DNA of 64,000 nt from an uncultured Rubrobacteraceae bacterium (GTDB taxonomy: Bacteria > Actinomycetota > Rubrobacteria > Rubrobacterales > Rubrobacteraceae), in contig CAWDDB010000013.1 of the NCBI GenBank assembly GCA_963800975.1, forward strand, positions 110,057-174,056, given 5' to 3'. The translations under genes and the position numbers were made by a program. Shown here piece after piece: positions 38,110 to 46,847 of this stretch (position 1 is the first letter of the stretch; every line of letters begins with the position of its first letter). The notes beneath the pieces were generated by a model. The model was not told the origin of the DNA. It was given only the letters and a program-made list of their open reading frames with translations, and made no database searches.

Positions 38110-39684
38110 ATGCAGGAAGAGAGGCTTGGTGAGGGGACGACCGCGGGCAAGATCGAGGGTCTCGGGCGCCTGCGGGAGGCCGCAACAAACCCGGCCCCCG
38201 AGCAGGCGGTCCAGCGTCAGCGCGAGCGCGGCAAGCTCACGGCGCGGGAGCGCATAGACCTGCTGCTCGACCCGGGAACCTTCGTCGAGCTGGACCGTTA
38301 CCGGGTACACCGCTCCTACAACTTCGGGCTCGAGGAGAACAGGCCGCTGGGGGACGGCGTGATCACGGGCTACGGGGAGGTCGCCGGGCGCAAGGTCTGC
38401 GTCTTCAGCCAGGACTTCACGGTCTTCGGCGGTTCCCTGGGCGAGGTGTACGCGCAGAAGATCTGCAAGGTGATGGACCTCGCCATCTCGACCGGGTGCC
38501 CGATCGTCGGCATCAACGACTCCGGCGGGGCGCGTATCCAGGAGGGCGTCGTCTCGCTCGCCGGCTACGCCGACATCTTCCACCGCAACGTCCTTGCCTC
38601 GGGGGTGGTGCCCCAGATCTCCGTCGTCGTGGGGCCCTGCGCCGGCGGCGCGGTGTACTCCCCCGCCATAACCGACTTCGTGTTCATGGTCGAGGAGACG
38701 AGCCACATGTTCATCACGGGCCCCGACGTCATAAAGAGCGTCACGGGCGAGGAGGTCACCTTCGAGGACCTCGGGGGAGCGGGCACCCACAACACCAGGT
38801 CCGGCGTCGCCCACTTCGCCGCCCCCGACGAGGAGAGCTGCTTCTCCGACGTGCGCTATCTGCTCTCCTTCCTGCCCGAGAACAACCTGGAGACGGCCCC
38901 CTACTTCGAGCCGGCAGACTCCCCGGAGCGCGCGGACGAGGAGCTGGCGACGCTCGTGCCAGACTCGGCGCAGCGGCCCTACGACATCAGGAGGGCCGTC
39001 GAGCTCGTGGTCGACGACGGGGAGTTCTACGAGGTGCAGGAGGGCTGGGCGCAGAACCTGGTGGTGGGCTTCGCCCGGCTCGACGGGCACGCCATCGGGG
39101 TGGTGGGCAACCAGCCGATGGTCTTGGCCGGGACGCTGGACATCGACGCGAGCGTCAAGGGGGCGCGCTTCGTCAGGTTCTGTGACGCGTTCAACATACC
39201 GCTGCTCACCTTCGTGGACGTGCCCGGTTTCATGCCAGGGACCGACCAGGAGTGGGGCGGGATCATCCGCCACGGGGCCAAGCTGCTCTACGCCTTCTCC
39301 GAGGCAACCGTGCCCAAGATGACCGTGATAACCCGCAAGGCCTACGGCGGGGCCTACGACGTCATGAACTCCAAGCACATAGGCGCAGACGTCAACGTGG
39401 CGTGGCCGACGGGGGAGGTGGCGGTCATGGGCGCGCCCGCCGCCGTGAACATCATCTTCAGGCGCCAGATCTCCGAGGCGGAGGACCCGGACGCGAAGCG
39501 CGAGGAGCTTATCGAGGGCTACGAGGAACAGTTCAACAACCCGATGGTGGCGGCCGAGATGGGCTACATAGACGACGTCGTGGACCCGCGCGAGACGCGG
39601 CCGTACCTGATCAAAGCTCTCCAGATGATCCAGACCAAGCGTCCCGAACGCCCGCCACGCAAGCACGGAAACATTCCCCTTTGA
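38110..39684 (+). CDS. pccB: Propionyl-CoA/acyl-CoA carboxylase carboxyltransferase (beta) subunit
   Basis: [27 protein letters not shown] and AYGGAYDVM are present. The upstream part of ORF 37507.. overlaps ecfT and is not coding. Confidence 0.9.
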   Translation: MQEERLGEGTTAGKIEGLGRLREAATNPAPEQAVQRQRERGKLTARERIDLLLDPGTFVELDRYRVHRSYNFGLEENRPLGDGVITGYGEVAGRKVCVFSQDFTVFGGSLGEVYAQKICKVMDLAISTGCPIVGINDSGGARIQEGVVSLAGYADIFHRNVLASGVVPQISVVVGPCAGGAVYSPAITDFVFMVEETSHMFITGPDVIKSVTGEEVTFEDLGGAGTHNTRSGVAHFAAPDEESCFSDVRYLLSFLPENNLETAPYFEPADSPERADEELATLVPDSAQRPYDIRRAVELVVDDGEFYEVQEGWAQNLVVGFARLDGHAIGVVGNQPMVLAGTLDIDASVKGARFVRFCDAFNIPLLTFVDVPGFMPGTDQEWGGIIRHGAKLLYAFSEATVPKMTVITRKAYGGAYDVMNSKHIGADVNVAWPTGEVAVMGAPAAVNIIFRRQISEAEDPDAKREELIEGYEEQFNNPMVAAEMGYIDDVVDPRETRPYLIKALQMIQTKRPERPPRKHGNIPL

Positions 39685-39887
39685 GGGTCACCCCCGACCC
39701 GACGCCCGAAGAGGCCGCCGCGATAGTGGCCGCTCTTGGGACGCTGCGCCCGCAAGAGCCGAAGGACGATAGCTCGCTGCATCGCAGCCGCTGGAGGCTT
39801 GCGGGTCTGCTCGGGCACGAGGTGCCGAGGGGGATGAGGCTGGAGGGCTCCTTGTGGTCTTACGCTAGCCGGAGGGGGATGGTCTGA
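39681..39887 (+). CDS. Acyl-CoA carboxylase epsilon subunit-like small protein
   Basis: TTG 39681 overlaps the pccB stop. [19 protein letters not shown]...SRWRLAG matches the AccE/PccE pattern and lies between the beta and alpha subunits. Confidence 0.6.
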   Translation: MRVTPDPTPEEAAAIVAALGTLRPQEPKDDSSLHRSRWRLAGLLGHEVPRGMRLEGSLWSYASRRGMV

Positions 39888-39889
39888 GG

Positions 39890-41620
39890 GTGTTCGGCAA
39901 GGTCCTTATCGCCAACCGGGGAGAGATCTCCGTCCGCATCATCCGGGCTTTGCGTGAGTTGGGCGTCTCCAGCGTCGCCGTGTACTCGGACGCGGACAGG
40001 GAGGCCCTGCACGTCCGCCTGGCCGACGAGGCCTACCACGTCGGTCCTACGCCCGCGGCGGAGAGCTACCTGAACATCGACAAGCTCGTGCAGACGGCCA
40101 GGAGGAGTGGGGCCGATGCCGTGCACCCAGGCTACGGGTTCCTGGCGGAGAGCGCGGCCTTCGCGCGGGCCGTCACGGCGGCCGGCATGGCCTGGATCGG
40201 GCCCCACCCCGAGGCGATAGAGGCGATGGGCAGCAAGGTCGAGTCCAGGCGCATCATGGCGCGGGCGGGAGTCCCCATCACGCCCGGCACAGAAGGGCCG
40301 GTCGGGTCACCCGACTCGGTCTTCGAGTTCGCCGGCGTCCACGGATACCCCGTTGCGGTCAAGGCGTCCGCCGGCGGCGGGGGAAAGGGCTTCGCTGTCG
40401 TCCAGGACAAGAGGGGGGCGCAGTCCGCCTTCGAGCGGGCGAGCAGGGAGGGCGAGGCGTACTTCGGCGACGGCTCCGTGTACCTGGAGAGGTACCTTCC
40501 CGCCCCGAGGCACGTGGAGATACAGGTCCTGCGGGACAAGCACGGAAACTCGGTCCACCTCGGAGAGCGGGACTGCTCCATCCAGCGCAGGCACCAGAAG
40601 CTGGTCGAGGAGTGCCCCAGCCCCGCGATAGACCCGGGGATGCGCGAGGAGATGGGGCAGGCGGCGGTTCAGGCCGCCGAGGCCGTCGGCTACGACAACG
40701 CCGGCACCGTCGAGTTCCTCGTCCAGGGGGACGAGTTCTTCTTCCTGGAGATGAACACGAGGGTTCAGGTCGAGCACCCCGTTACCGAGGAGGTGACGGG
40801 GATAGACATCGTGCAGACCGGCATCCGCATCGCGGCTGGTGAGCGCCTGACTTTCGCGCAGGAGGACGTCTCCTGGCGCGGACACGCCATCGAGGCGCGG
40901 GTGAACGCCGAGGACCCAGGCAGGGACTTCGCCCCGAGCCCCGGCTCCGTGACCCTCTACGCGGAGCCTGGCGGACCGGGCGTGAGGGTGGACTCTTCCC
41001 TGGACGGACCCGGCGTGGTGCCCGAGGCCTACGATCCCCTTTTCGCCAAGCTCATCGTGCGCGGAGCGGACCGCCAGGACGCGCTTCGGAGGCTCGGGCG
41101 GGCGCTCTCTGAGTTCAGGGTCGAGGGCATCTCCACGACGCTCCCGTTCCACAGGGCTTTGCTCGAGGACGAGGCGTTCGTCTCGGGCGATTACACCACC
41201 GGATTCGTGGCCGAGCGGCTCCCCGCGATGGGGATCGAGGCTTCGCACCCGCGCGACCCTGGCGAGGCGCCAGCGAAGGATAGCCGGGAGGTCGAGGTAG
41301 AGGTCAACGGCAAGCTCTTCCACGTCCGCCTGTTCGAGGAAGGGAAACCCGAACGTGGCGCGCCCACGCGGCGCAAGGGAAGCACCACGAGGCGGGCGAT
41401 TATGGGGGGAGGGGCGATCCTGGCCCCCATGCAGGGGACCATCGTGAAGGTGCTCGTCCAGGAGGGGCAGGAGGTCGAGGCGGACGAGCCGGTCTGCGTC
41501 CTCGAGGCGATGAAGATGGAGAGCGAGATCCGGGCCCAGAGGCCGGGGAGGATCGGGGAGGTCACGGCGAAGGCCGGCCAGACGGTCCGCTCCGGCGAGC
41601 CGCTGATGGTGCTGGAATAG
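39890..41620 (+). CDS. pccA: Acetyl/propionyl-CoA carboxylase alpha subunit (biotin carboxylase + BCCP)
   Basis: Has an ATP-grasp biotin carboxylase N-terminus (KVLIANRGEISVRIIRA, EMNTRVQVEHPVTE). The C-terminal biotinyl domain carries LEAMKMESEI. Confidence 0.9.
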   Translation: MFGKVLIANRGEISVRIIRALRELGVSSVAVYSDADREALHVRLADEAYHVGPTPAAESYLNIDKLVQTARRSGADAVHPGYGFLAESAAFARAVTAAGMAWIGPHPEAIEAMGSKVESRRIMARAGVPITPGTEGPVGSPDSVFEFAGVHGYPVAVKASAGGGGKGFAVVQDKRGAQSAFERASREGEAYFGDGSVYLERYLPAPRHVEIQVLRDKHGNSVHLGERDCSIQRRHQKLVEECPSPAIDPGMREEMGQAAVQAAEAVGYDNAGTVEFLVQGDEFFFLEMNTRVQVEHPVTEEVTGIDIVQTGIRIAAGERLTFAQEDVSWRGHAIEARVNAEDPGRDFAPSPGSVTLYAEPGGPGVRVDSSLDGPGVVPEAYDPLFAKLIVRGADRQDALRRLGRALSEFRVEGISTTLPFHRALLEDEAFVSGDYTTGFVAERLPAMGIEASHPRDPGEAPAKDSREVEVEVNGKLFHVRLFEEGKPERGAPTRRKGSTTRRAIMGGGAILAPMQGTIVKVLVQEGQEVEADEPVCVLEAMKMESEIRAQRPGRIGEVTAKAGQTVRSGEPLMVLE

Positions 41621-41639
41621 GGCCAGCGACCCGAACCCT

Positions 41640-42740
41640 ATGGTCGAGTACGCGGGAGACTTCGAGTGGCGCGGGGAGGGCGAGGAGGCCGAGCTGGTGC
41701 TCTACGCCTCAGGCGACCGGGCCGCGGACAACGCACTGGAGCGTGCCCTCCCGGCCGCCCGGCTCCCCGGCGTCGAGAGCCCCGTCTACGCGGCCGCCTC
41801 GCCGGAGGGCTTCGGGTTGGTGGCAGCCTCGGCGTCGCACGCGGCGCCCGACCTCGTCTCCGTGCCGGAGCGTGGCCTGCTCCTCGCGGCGGACGTCATG
41901 GTTGAGGATCTCGGGATGCCGCCGGCGGAGCTTGCGAACCTCGTCTTGCGGGATCTTGCCGGGGCCGGCTCGTCGCTGCCCCCGCTCACCGAGGCTCGGG
42001 TACGCAGGATGTGCGACGAGGGAGCGCCCGCCGCCGCGGAAGACGGGCTTATCGAGGAGGAAGATCTCCCGTTCCTCGATGAGGCCTCGGGCTACGCCGA
42101 CGCCCTCGGGCGCCAGGCAATAACCGCCGGGACGAGAGGGCAAGAGGACGAAGTCCGGGCGAACGTGACGGTCGTGTCGGAGACCCTGGACGCCGACGGG
42201 GCCGAGACCCTGGGGCTTGAGGCTGGCATGCTAGCGCTGGTGGTTCGGATCGGGGCGGGGGACCTTGGAAGGGTCGGGCTGGGCGGGCATCGGGACCGGA
42301 TCTCCGGCAGGATCCTGGCTGGGGCGGACTTCGGCGCCAGGGAGGTCCTGCCGGCGGCGCCCGCCGACTCGGAGGAGGCCGCCGACCTGCTGGTCGCCTC
42401 GGCCGCCGCGGCAAACTTCGCCGACGGCCGCGCCGCCCGGGCCCTGTACGTGATCCGCCGTTCTCTGGGCGACGCCGCGGGACGTCTTGGCCTGCGCGCG
42501 GCCTGGAGGATAGGCGGCCTGGAGACCCCGGAAGGGCTCCTCGCGCACCGGCGGGGTCTCGCGACGGTAGTGGAGGGACAGGTCCTGGTGTCGGGTGGCA
42601 GCGTCGCGGTCGGGACGGGTAACATGTTGGGGAGCGCGCCCCCTTTCGGCGCCCCGGAGGACGACGGAAGTCATCCGTGGGAGGAGGCAGGGATACTCGA
42701 GCGCTGGGCGGAGCTGTGGCCGACGGAAGGGGGGGCCTGA
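41640..42740 (+). CDS. RtcB-like protein with degenerate active site (probable pseudoenzyme)
   Basis: Alignable by eye to RtcB: LPGVESPVYAAASPEGFG vs LPGI..MPDxHxGYG; VVRIGAGDLG vs HTGSRGLG; AAAANFA vs AAANFA; HRRGLATV..GQVLVSGGS vs HRKGAT..GQPVLIPGS. The metal-binding and guanylylated His/Cys positions are replaced and the HGAGR motif is absent. Confidence 0.5.
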   Translation: MVEYAGDFEWRGEGEEAELVLYASGDRAADNALERALPAARLPGVESPVYAAASPEGFGLVAASASHAAPDLVSVPERGLLLAADVMVEDLGMPPAELANLVLRDLAGAGSSLPPLTEARVRRMCDEGAPAAAEDGLIEEEDLPFLDEASGYADALGRQAITAGTRGQEDEVRANVTVVSETLDADGAETLGLEAGMLALVVRIGAGDLGRVGLGGHRDRISGRILAGADFGAREVLPAAPADSEEAADLLVASAAAANFADGRAARALYVIRRSLGDAAGRLGLRAAWRIGGLETPEGLLAHRRGLATVVEGQVLVSGGSVAVGTGNMLGSAPPFGAPEDDGSHPWEEAGILERWAELWPTEGGA

Positions 42741-42744
42741 GTAC

Positions 42745-42996
42745 GTGGACTTGCTGATGGTACGCGACGAGGCGACGGGGCGCTTCCTCTACACCGAGCG
42801 GCTCGAGCGCAGATCCGGGGAGACTTCCTGGGAGTACATCCGCCGCAGCGTCCGCCGCGAGGCCCAGGTGCGCGAACGGTTCAAGGGCGACACCCTGCAG
42901 GTCATAGTTGGCTACGGGGCCGAGTCGGTGGAAGAGTTCCTCGAATCTTACCCCGAGTACGGCGGCCCCTCGCGGGGGGCGGGCGGCGAAGCCTGA
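42745..42996 (+). CDS. Small hypothetical protein
   Basis: Start is GTG 42745 or ATG 42757. ...MVRDEATGRFLYTERLERRSGETSWEYIRRSVRRE... has coding-like composition but no recognised family. Confidence 0.4.
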   Translation: MDLLMVRDEATGRFLYTERLERRSGETSWEYIRRSVRREAQVRERFKGDTLQVIVGYGAESVEEFLESYPEYGGPSRGAGGEA

Positions 42997-43108
42997 TAGC
43001 CGCTCAAGTAGGCTACATAGACCGTAACGTTTTCCGCGCGAGGTGCCCCGGACTTCGGGGCGGGAGTATCGCGCGTGGTTCAGCGAGCCGGAAGGGAGAG
43101 GTGGGGCA

Positions 43109-43372
43109 TTGAGCAGCGAAGTACTGGACAAGCTAGTCGAGCTGATGACGGCGGCCTTCGGGCTGGTGGCGGCCCTGGCGTGGAACACGGCCATCCAGGC
43201 GCTGTTCGCCCTGGTGTTTCCCGAGGCGGGGGACCTGATCGCGAAGTTCCTCTACGCCATCACCGTCACGATCATCGTGGTCTTCGTCACCATCCGCCTC
43301 GGCCGGCTAGCCGAGCAGGCCAAGCAGCGTGAGGGAGAGGTCTTGGGCCGCGGGCGAGATCAACAAACGTAG
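43109..43372 (+). CDS. Small membrane protein (DUF5654-like)
   Basis: TTG 43109 follows GGGAGAGG. TAAFGLVAALAWNTAIQALF is followed by a TM helix. Confidence 0.5.
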   Translation: MSSEVLDKLVELMTAAFGLVAALAWNTAIQALFALVFPEAGDLIAKFLYAITVTIIVVFVTIRLGRLAEQAKQREGEVLGRGRDQQT

Positions 43373-43393
43373 AGACGACCCGACGGGTCGTCT

Positions 43394-43894
43394 CTACTTG
43401 AAATCCTCCGGGGAGACGCGGTTCATCCAGTCTTTGAACTTGTCCACGACCTCCTCCTCCGGGGCATCTTCCATCGCCTCCTCGAAGACGACGGCCGCCT
43501 CCTCGATCACGTCGTCGGCGGCGAAGATCTCCGCGCCGGAGCGCACCGCGAGGGCTATGGCGTCCGAAGGGCGGGAGTCGATGTCGATGGTACGCCCGCC
43601 TATCTCCACGCTGATGACGGCGAAGAAAGTCTGGTCCTTCAGCTCCGTCACCGTGATCTTCTCCATCGACCCGCCCAGCTCGGCGACGAGGTTCACGGCG
43701 AGGTCGTGGGTCAGGGGCCGGCTGAACTCCTGGTTCTGCAGCTTCATCAAGATCGAACGGGCCTCGGGCTGGCCGATCCAGATCGGCAGGTAGCGGTTCT
43801 CGTCCTCGACCTTGAGGATGACGATGGGGCTCGAGGAAAAGAGATCCAGGTTGATCCCGTAGATGGACATCTTGGTGAAGCCGTCGGCGCTCAC
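43394..43894 (-). CDS. Bifunctional nuclease (BFN/DUF151) family protein
   Basis: ILKVEDENRYLPIWIGQPEARSI...SRPLTHDL...SRPSDAIALAVR is the BFN domain pattern. Has an acidic C-terminal tail. Confidence 0.8.
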   Translation of the reverse strand: MSADGFTKMSIYGINLDLFSSSPIVILKVEDENRYLPIWIGQPEARSILMKLQNQEFSRPLTHDLAVNLVAELGGSMEKITVTELKDQTFFAVISVEIGGRTIDIDSRPSDAIALAVRSGAEIFAADDVIEEAAVVFEEAMEDAPEEEVVDKFKDWMNRVSPEDFK

Positions 43895-44033
43895 TAGATA
43901 TTTGCTCCTCTCACAACGCTCGAGCGTAGTGACCTACTCGGTCCGGCCCGATTGTACTTCCCGCCTCGCCCGTCTTCAATCGGGTTGTCAGGACCCGGCC
44001 CTTGTTGTAAATTATTCCGGCGGCACCCCTTTC

Positions 44034-44108
<75 letters not shown>

Positions 44109-44179
44109 CCTCGGAATCCCTTTGTTGGTGGGACAAATCGTGAGCTGAGGCAAACGGCCGGAGGTTTCCCCGGCTGATT

Positions 44180-44190
44180 TTGACACCAAC
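44180..44190 (+). repeat. TTGACACCAAC motif, copy 1 (71 nt downstream of the attL core)
   Basis: Same 11-mer as at 59321 and 59573. TGACACCAACCCG is shared with 59334. Confidence 0.7.
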
Positions 44191-44285
44191 CCGAAGGCCA
44201 TCGGCGCCAGGGTTGCGACCGCCGAGGGCGGTTTCTCCGCCGAGGAAGCCCCGTCGGGCATCACTCGACCGCCCGACCGTGGGCA

Positions 44286-44333
44286 ATCTCTCCCCTCCTG
44301 ATCCCCCCTTCGGGGGATGCCGCTACCCCCGTC
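44286..44333 (+). promoter_or_regulatory. Conserved island element, copy A (palindrome ATCCCCC-CTTC-GGGGGAT at 44301-44318)
   Basis: About 85-90 % identical by eye to 52481-52528 and 55686-55733. TACAAA at 44341 lies 31.5 bp from the palindrome centre. ATG 44394 is downstream. Confidence 0.7.
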
Positions 44334-44393
44334 CTCCCGTTACAAATGCGAGTGGCGAAAGAAGACGGGCACAGGCCCGAAGGGAGCACGACC

Positions 44394-44612
44394 ATGCAGG
44401 ATAGAACCGCCACCAACTACCCCGTCGACGAGGAGGCCATCCGCGACCTCCTCCGCCGGAAGCTCCTCGACGACATAGGCAGGGGCGACGGCGGGTCCCT
44501 CGGCTCCCGATTCACCGGAGACGGCGAACCTGGCAGACGGGCACCACGCAAGCGGGAACGGCTCACTGCCCCTTACGGTCAATCCCTCGATCGAAACATA
44601 CGTCCCATTTGA
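44394..44612 (+). CDS. Small hypothetical protein (72 aa)
   Basis: ATG 44394 follows GAAGGGAG, downstream of element copy A. No recognisable domain. Confidence 0.35.
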   Translation: MQDRTATNYPVDEEAIRDLLRRKLLDDIGRGDGGSLGSRFTGDGEPGRRAPRKRERLTAPYGQSLDRNIRPI

Positions 44613-44733
44613 CTGCGACGCACCAGGAGCGCGACGGTCCGTCGCGTGAGCAGGAAGAAGTAGACGATGAATCGAGGTTCCGTTGACACGTGTGCATCTT
44701 CCAGTGCGGTCGCGCTAGGAAAGGAGTTTACGA

Positions 44734-45273
44734 ATGATCGGTGTGTTGATACTGGCCGGCGAGATCTCCTTCTGGGCCTTCGTACTCGGCGGGTTGATCT
44801 CGCGCTACCTGCTGCGCAGGCCGCGGTTGGGGGTGGCCCTGCTGCTGATGACGCCTGTGGTGGATCTTGCTCTCGTCGCCGCCACGGTGATCGACCTGCG
44901 CGCCGGGGCCACGGCCAGCCTCTTCCACGGCCTCGCTGCCGTCTACGTCGGCGTGTCGATAGCCTTCGGCCACAGGATGATCTGCTGGGCCGACGAGCGG
45001 TTCGCCCACCGGTTCGCCGGGGGGCCGCCGCCCGCGCGGCCGCCCAGGCACGGACCGGAGCGCGCCCGCCGCGAGCGGGAGGGATGGTACCGGCACCTCC
45101 TTGCGTGGGCGATCGGCAGCGCCTTGCTGCTAGGCATGGGCCTCCTCGTCGGGGACCCGTCCAGGACCGAGTCGCTCTCGGCCAGGGCGGCCCTGTGGAC
45201 CTTGATCCTCGCCATCGACTTCCTGTGGAGCTTCAGCTACACGCTCTGGCCCGGCGAGGCGAAGACGTCGTGA
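44734..45273 (+). CDS. Hypothetical membrane protein
   Basis: 179 aa with four hydrophobic helices separated by an Arg/Pro-rich loop. SD AAAGGAG lies upstream. Confidence 0.6.
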   Translation: MIGVLILAGEISFWAFVLGGLISRYLLRRPRLGVALLLMTPVVDLALVAATVIDLRAGATASLFHGLAAVYVGVSIAFGHRMICWADERFAHRFAGGPPPARPPRHGPERARREREGWYRHLLAWAIGSALLLGMGLLVGDPSRTESLSARAALWTLILAIDFLWSFSYTLWPGEAKTS

Positions 45274-45329
45274 GACCGCCTGGATAGTCGAGCGTGGAAT
45301 GTCACCCGAACGAGGAAAGGGATCGACCG

Positions 45330-46028
45330 ATGGTGGGCTACTTGAACCCGAAGGACCAGGCGGACGCGGACTTCTCCCGCGCCCGCAGAAAGGCGCTGCT
45401 TCGACGGGTGACTGCCCGCTTGCGAAGAGACGTCGCCACGGAAAAGCTTCTGTGTTTCGAGGAGATCAGGACGTACTATGGGGCTGTGGGGCGCGCTCAT
45501 CGAGGCCCGACCGCGGTGCCGGTCGGGCGGATAGTCGGCAGCGTCGGTAGATGTCCGGAGTTCGATCGAAGCTTCATGCCCGCCAATGCCAGCTCAGAAG
45601 AAAGGTGGAAGCGGATAGACAAAGCCTTCCACCGGCGCGAGGAACTACCCGCCGTGAGCCTGTACAGGCTCGGAGGCTCATACTTCGTGCTGGACGGACA
45701 CCACCGCGTCTCGGTGGCCCACTACCACGGTGTCGAGTGGATCGACGCCGTGGTGACGGAGTTCCGTGTTCCGCTTCGGGAAAGGGAAGAACCGCTCACG
45801 ACGCCGAGAGGCGAGAGGAGGTGCCATGAATCGGGGCAAGAAGCGGACGGTGTACGCGCCGCCGGCAGGGGAAGGCGCGACGCCTCCTGCCATCATCAGC
45901 GTCGAACTGGACGAAGACGAGGACGTCGAATGGACCTGGACGCACACGTCGGACAGCGAGAGCGTCGTCACCGGCTACACCATCACGAAGCATGCCAGGA
46001 AACGGGCAGGCTAAACCATCGAGAATGA
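45330..46028 (+). CDS. ParB/sulfiredoxin-fold (ParB-like nuclease domain) protein; C-terminal extent doubtful
   Basis: ATG 45330 follows GGAAAGGGA. LYRLGGSYFVLDGHHRVSVAHYHG carries the DGHHR ParB-N motif. The last ~70 codons are Arg/His-rich and overlap a better-looking small ORF in another frame. Confidence 0.55.
   Translation: MVGYLNPKDQADADFSRARRKALLRRVTARLRRDVATEKLLCFEEIRTYYGAVGRAHRGPTAVPVGRIVGSVGRCPEFDRSFMPANASSEERWKRIDKAFHRREELPAVSLYRLGGSYFVLDGHHRVSVAHYHGVEWIDAVVTEFRVPLREREEPLTTPRGERRCHESGQEADGVRAAGRGRRDASCHHQRRTGRRRGRRMDLDAHVGQRERRHRLHHHEACQETGRLNHRE
45826..46014 (+). CDS. Small acidic hypothetical protein (62 aa)
   Basis: ATG 45826 follows the strong SD GAGAGGAGG. Third-codon positions are GC-rich, as in genuine genes here. 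It overlaps the tail of the ParB-like ORF. Confidence 0.45.
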   Translation: MNRGKKRTVYAPPAGEGATPPAIISVELDEDEDVEWTWTHTSDSESVVTGYTITKHARKRAG

Positions 46029-46067
46029 ATTCGCTCGGTCCCGCCAGATGACAAGGAGGAGTTTCGG

Positions 46068-46847
46068 ATGGCTACGTACGTGCTGGTGGGCGGCGCCTGG
46101 ATGGGGGGCTGGTGCTGGAAGCCCATCGCCCGAACGCTTCGCAACGAAGGCCACGACGCCTACCCCGCCACCCTCACCGGCCTCGGCGAACGCGCCCACC
46201 TCGCCTCCCCAAAGGTGGACCTCGAGACCCACATCACCGACGTGGTGAACCTCATGGAATATGAGGACCTGCGCGAGGTGGTGCTCGTGGGGCACAGCTA
46301 CGCGGGGATCGTGGTAACGGCGGTGGCGGATCGGGTTCCCGAGCGCGTCTCCCGGCTGGTGTACCTGGACACCGCGCCGTTGCCGGACGGCACAGCCCTT
46401 ATCGAAACGGTCCCGCCCGAAACGAAACGCTACATAGAGAGTCAGGTGGAGGAGCTGGGTGACGGCTGGAGGTGGCCCATGCCGCCCGAAGAAGAGCTTG
46501 CCGTCTTCGGCAGCCTCGAAGGGGTAGACGAAGATCACCTGAGGCTGCTGCGCTCCCGGGCCGCCCCGCAACCGTTCGGAACCTACACCCAACCGCTCAG
46601 GCTGGAGAATCCCGCCCGCGAAGCGTTGCCCAAGCTGGGCATCCTGTGCAGCTTTTCGCTGCAACAGGTGCGGGAGATGATCGCCGGCGGCGTCCCCCTG
46701 TTCCACGAACTTACCGGCCCGGGTTGGGGATTCGTCGAGCTGCCTACCGGGCACTGGCCGATGTTCTCCAGGCCAGAGGATCTCGCCGAGCTGCTCCTCG
46801 ACCTCCCGCCGGGAACGCCCGCCCGAGAGGACGGCACGGATGAGTAG
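46068..46847 (+). CDS. Alpha/beta hydrolase (esterase, SABP2/methylesterase-like)
   Basis: YVLVGGAWMGGWCW, the nucleophile elbow LVGHSYAG, and a C-terminal TGHWPMFSRPEDL. Confidence 0.8.
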   Translation: MATYVLVGGAWMGGWCWKPIARTLRNEGHDAYPATLTGLGERAHLASPKVDLETHITDVVNLMEYEDLREVVLVGHSYAGIVVTAVADRVPERVSRLVYLDTAPLPDGTALIETVPPETKRYIESQVEELGDGWRWPMPPEEELAVFGSLEGVDEDHLRLLRSRAAPQPFGTYTQPLRLENPAREALPKLGILCSFSLQQVREMIAGGVPLFHELTGPGWGFVELPTGHWPMFSRPEDLAELLLDLPPGTPAREDGTDE

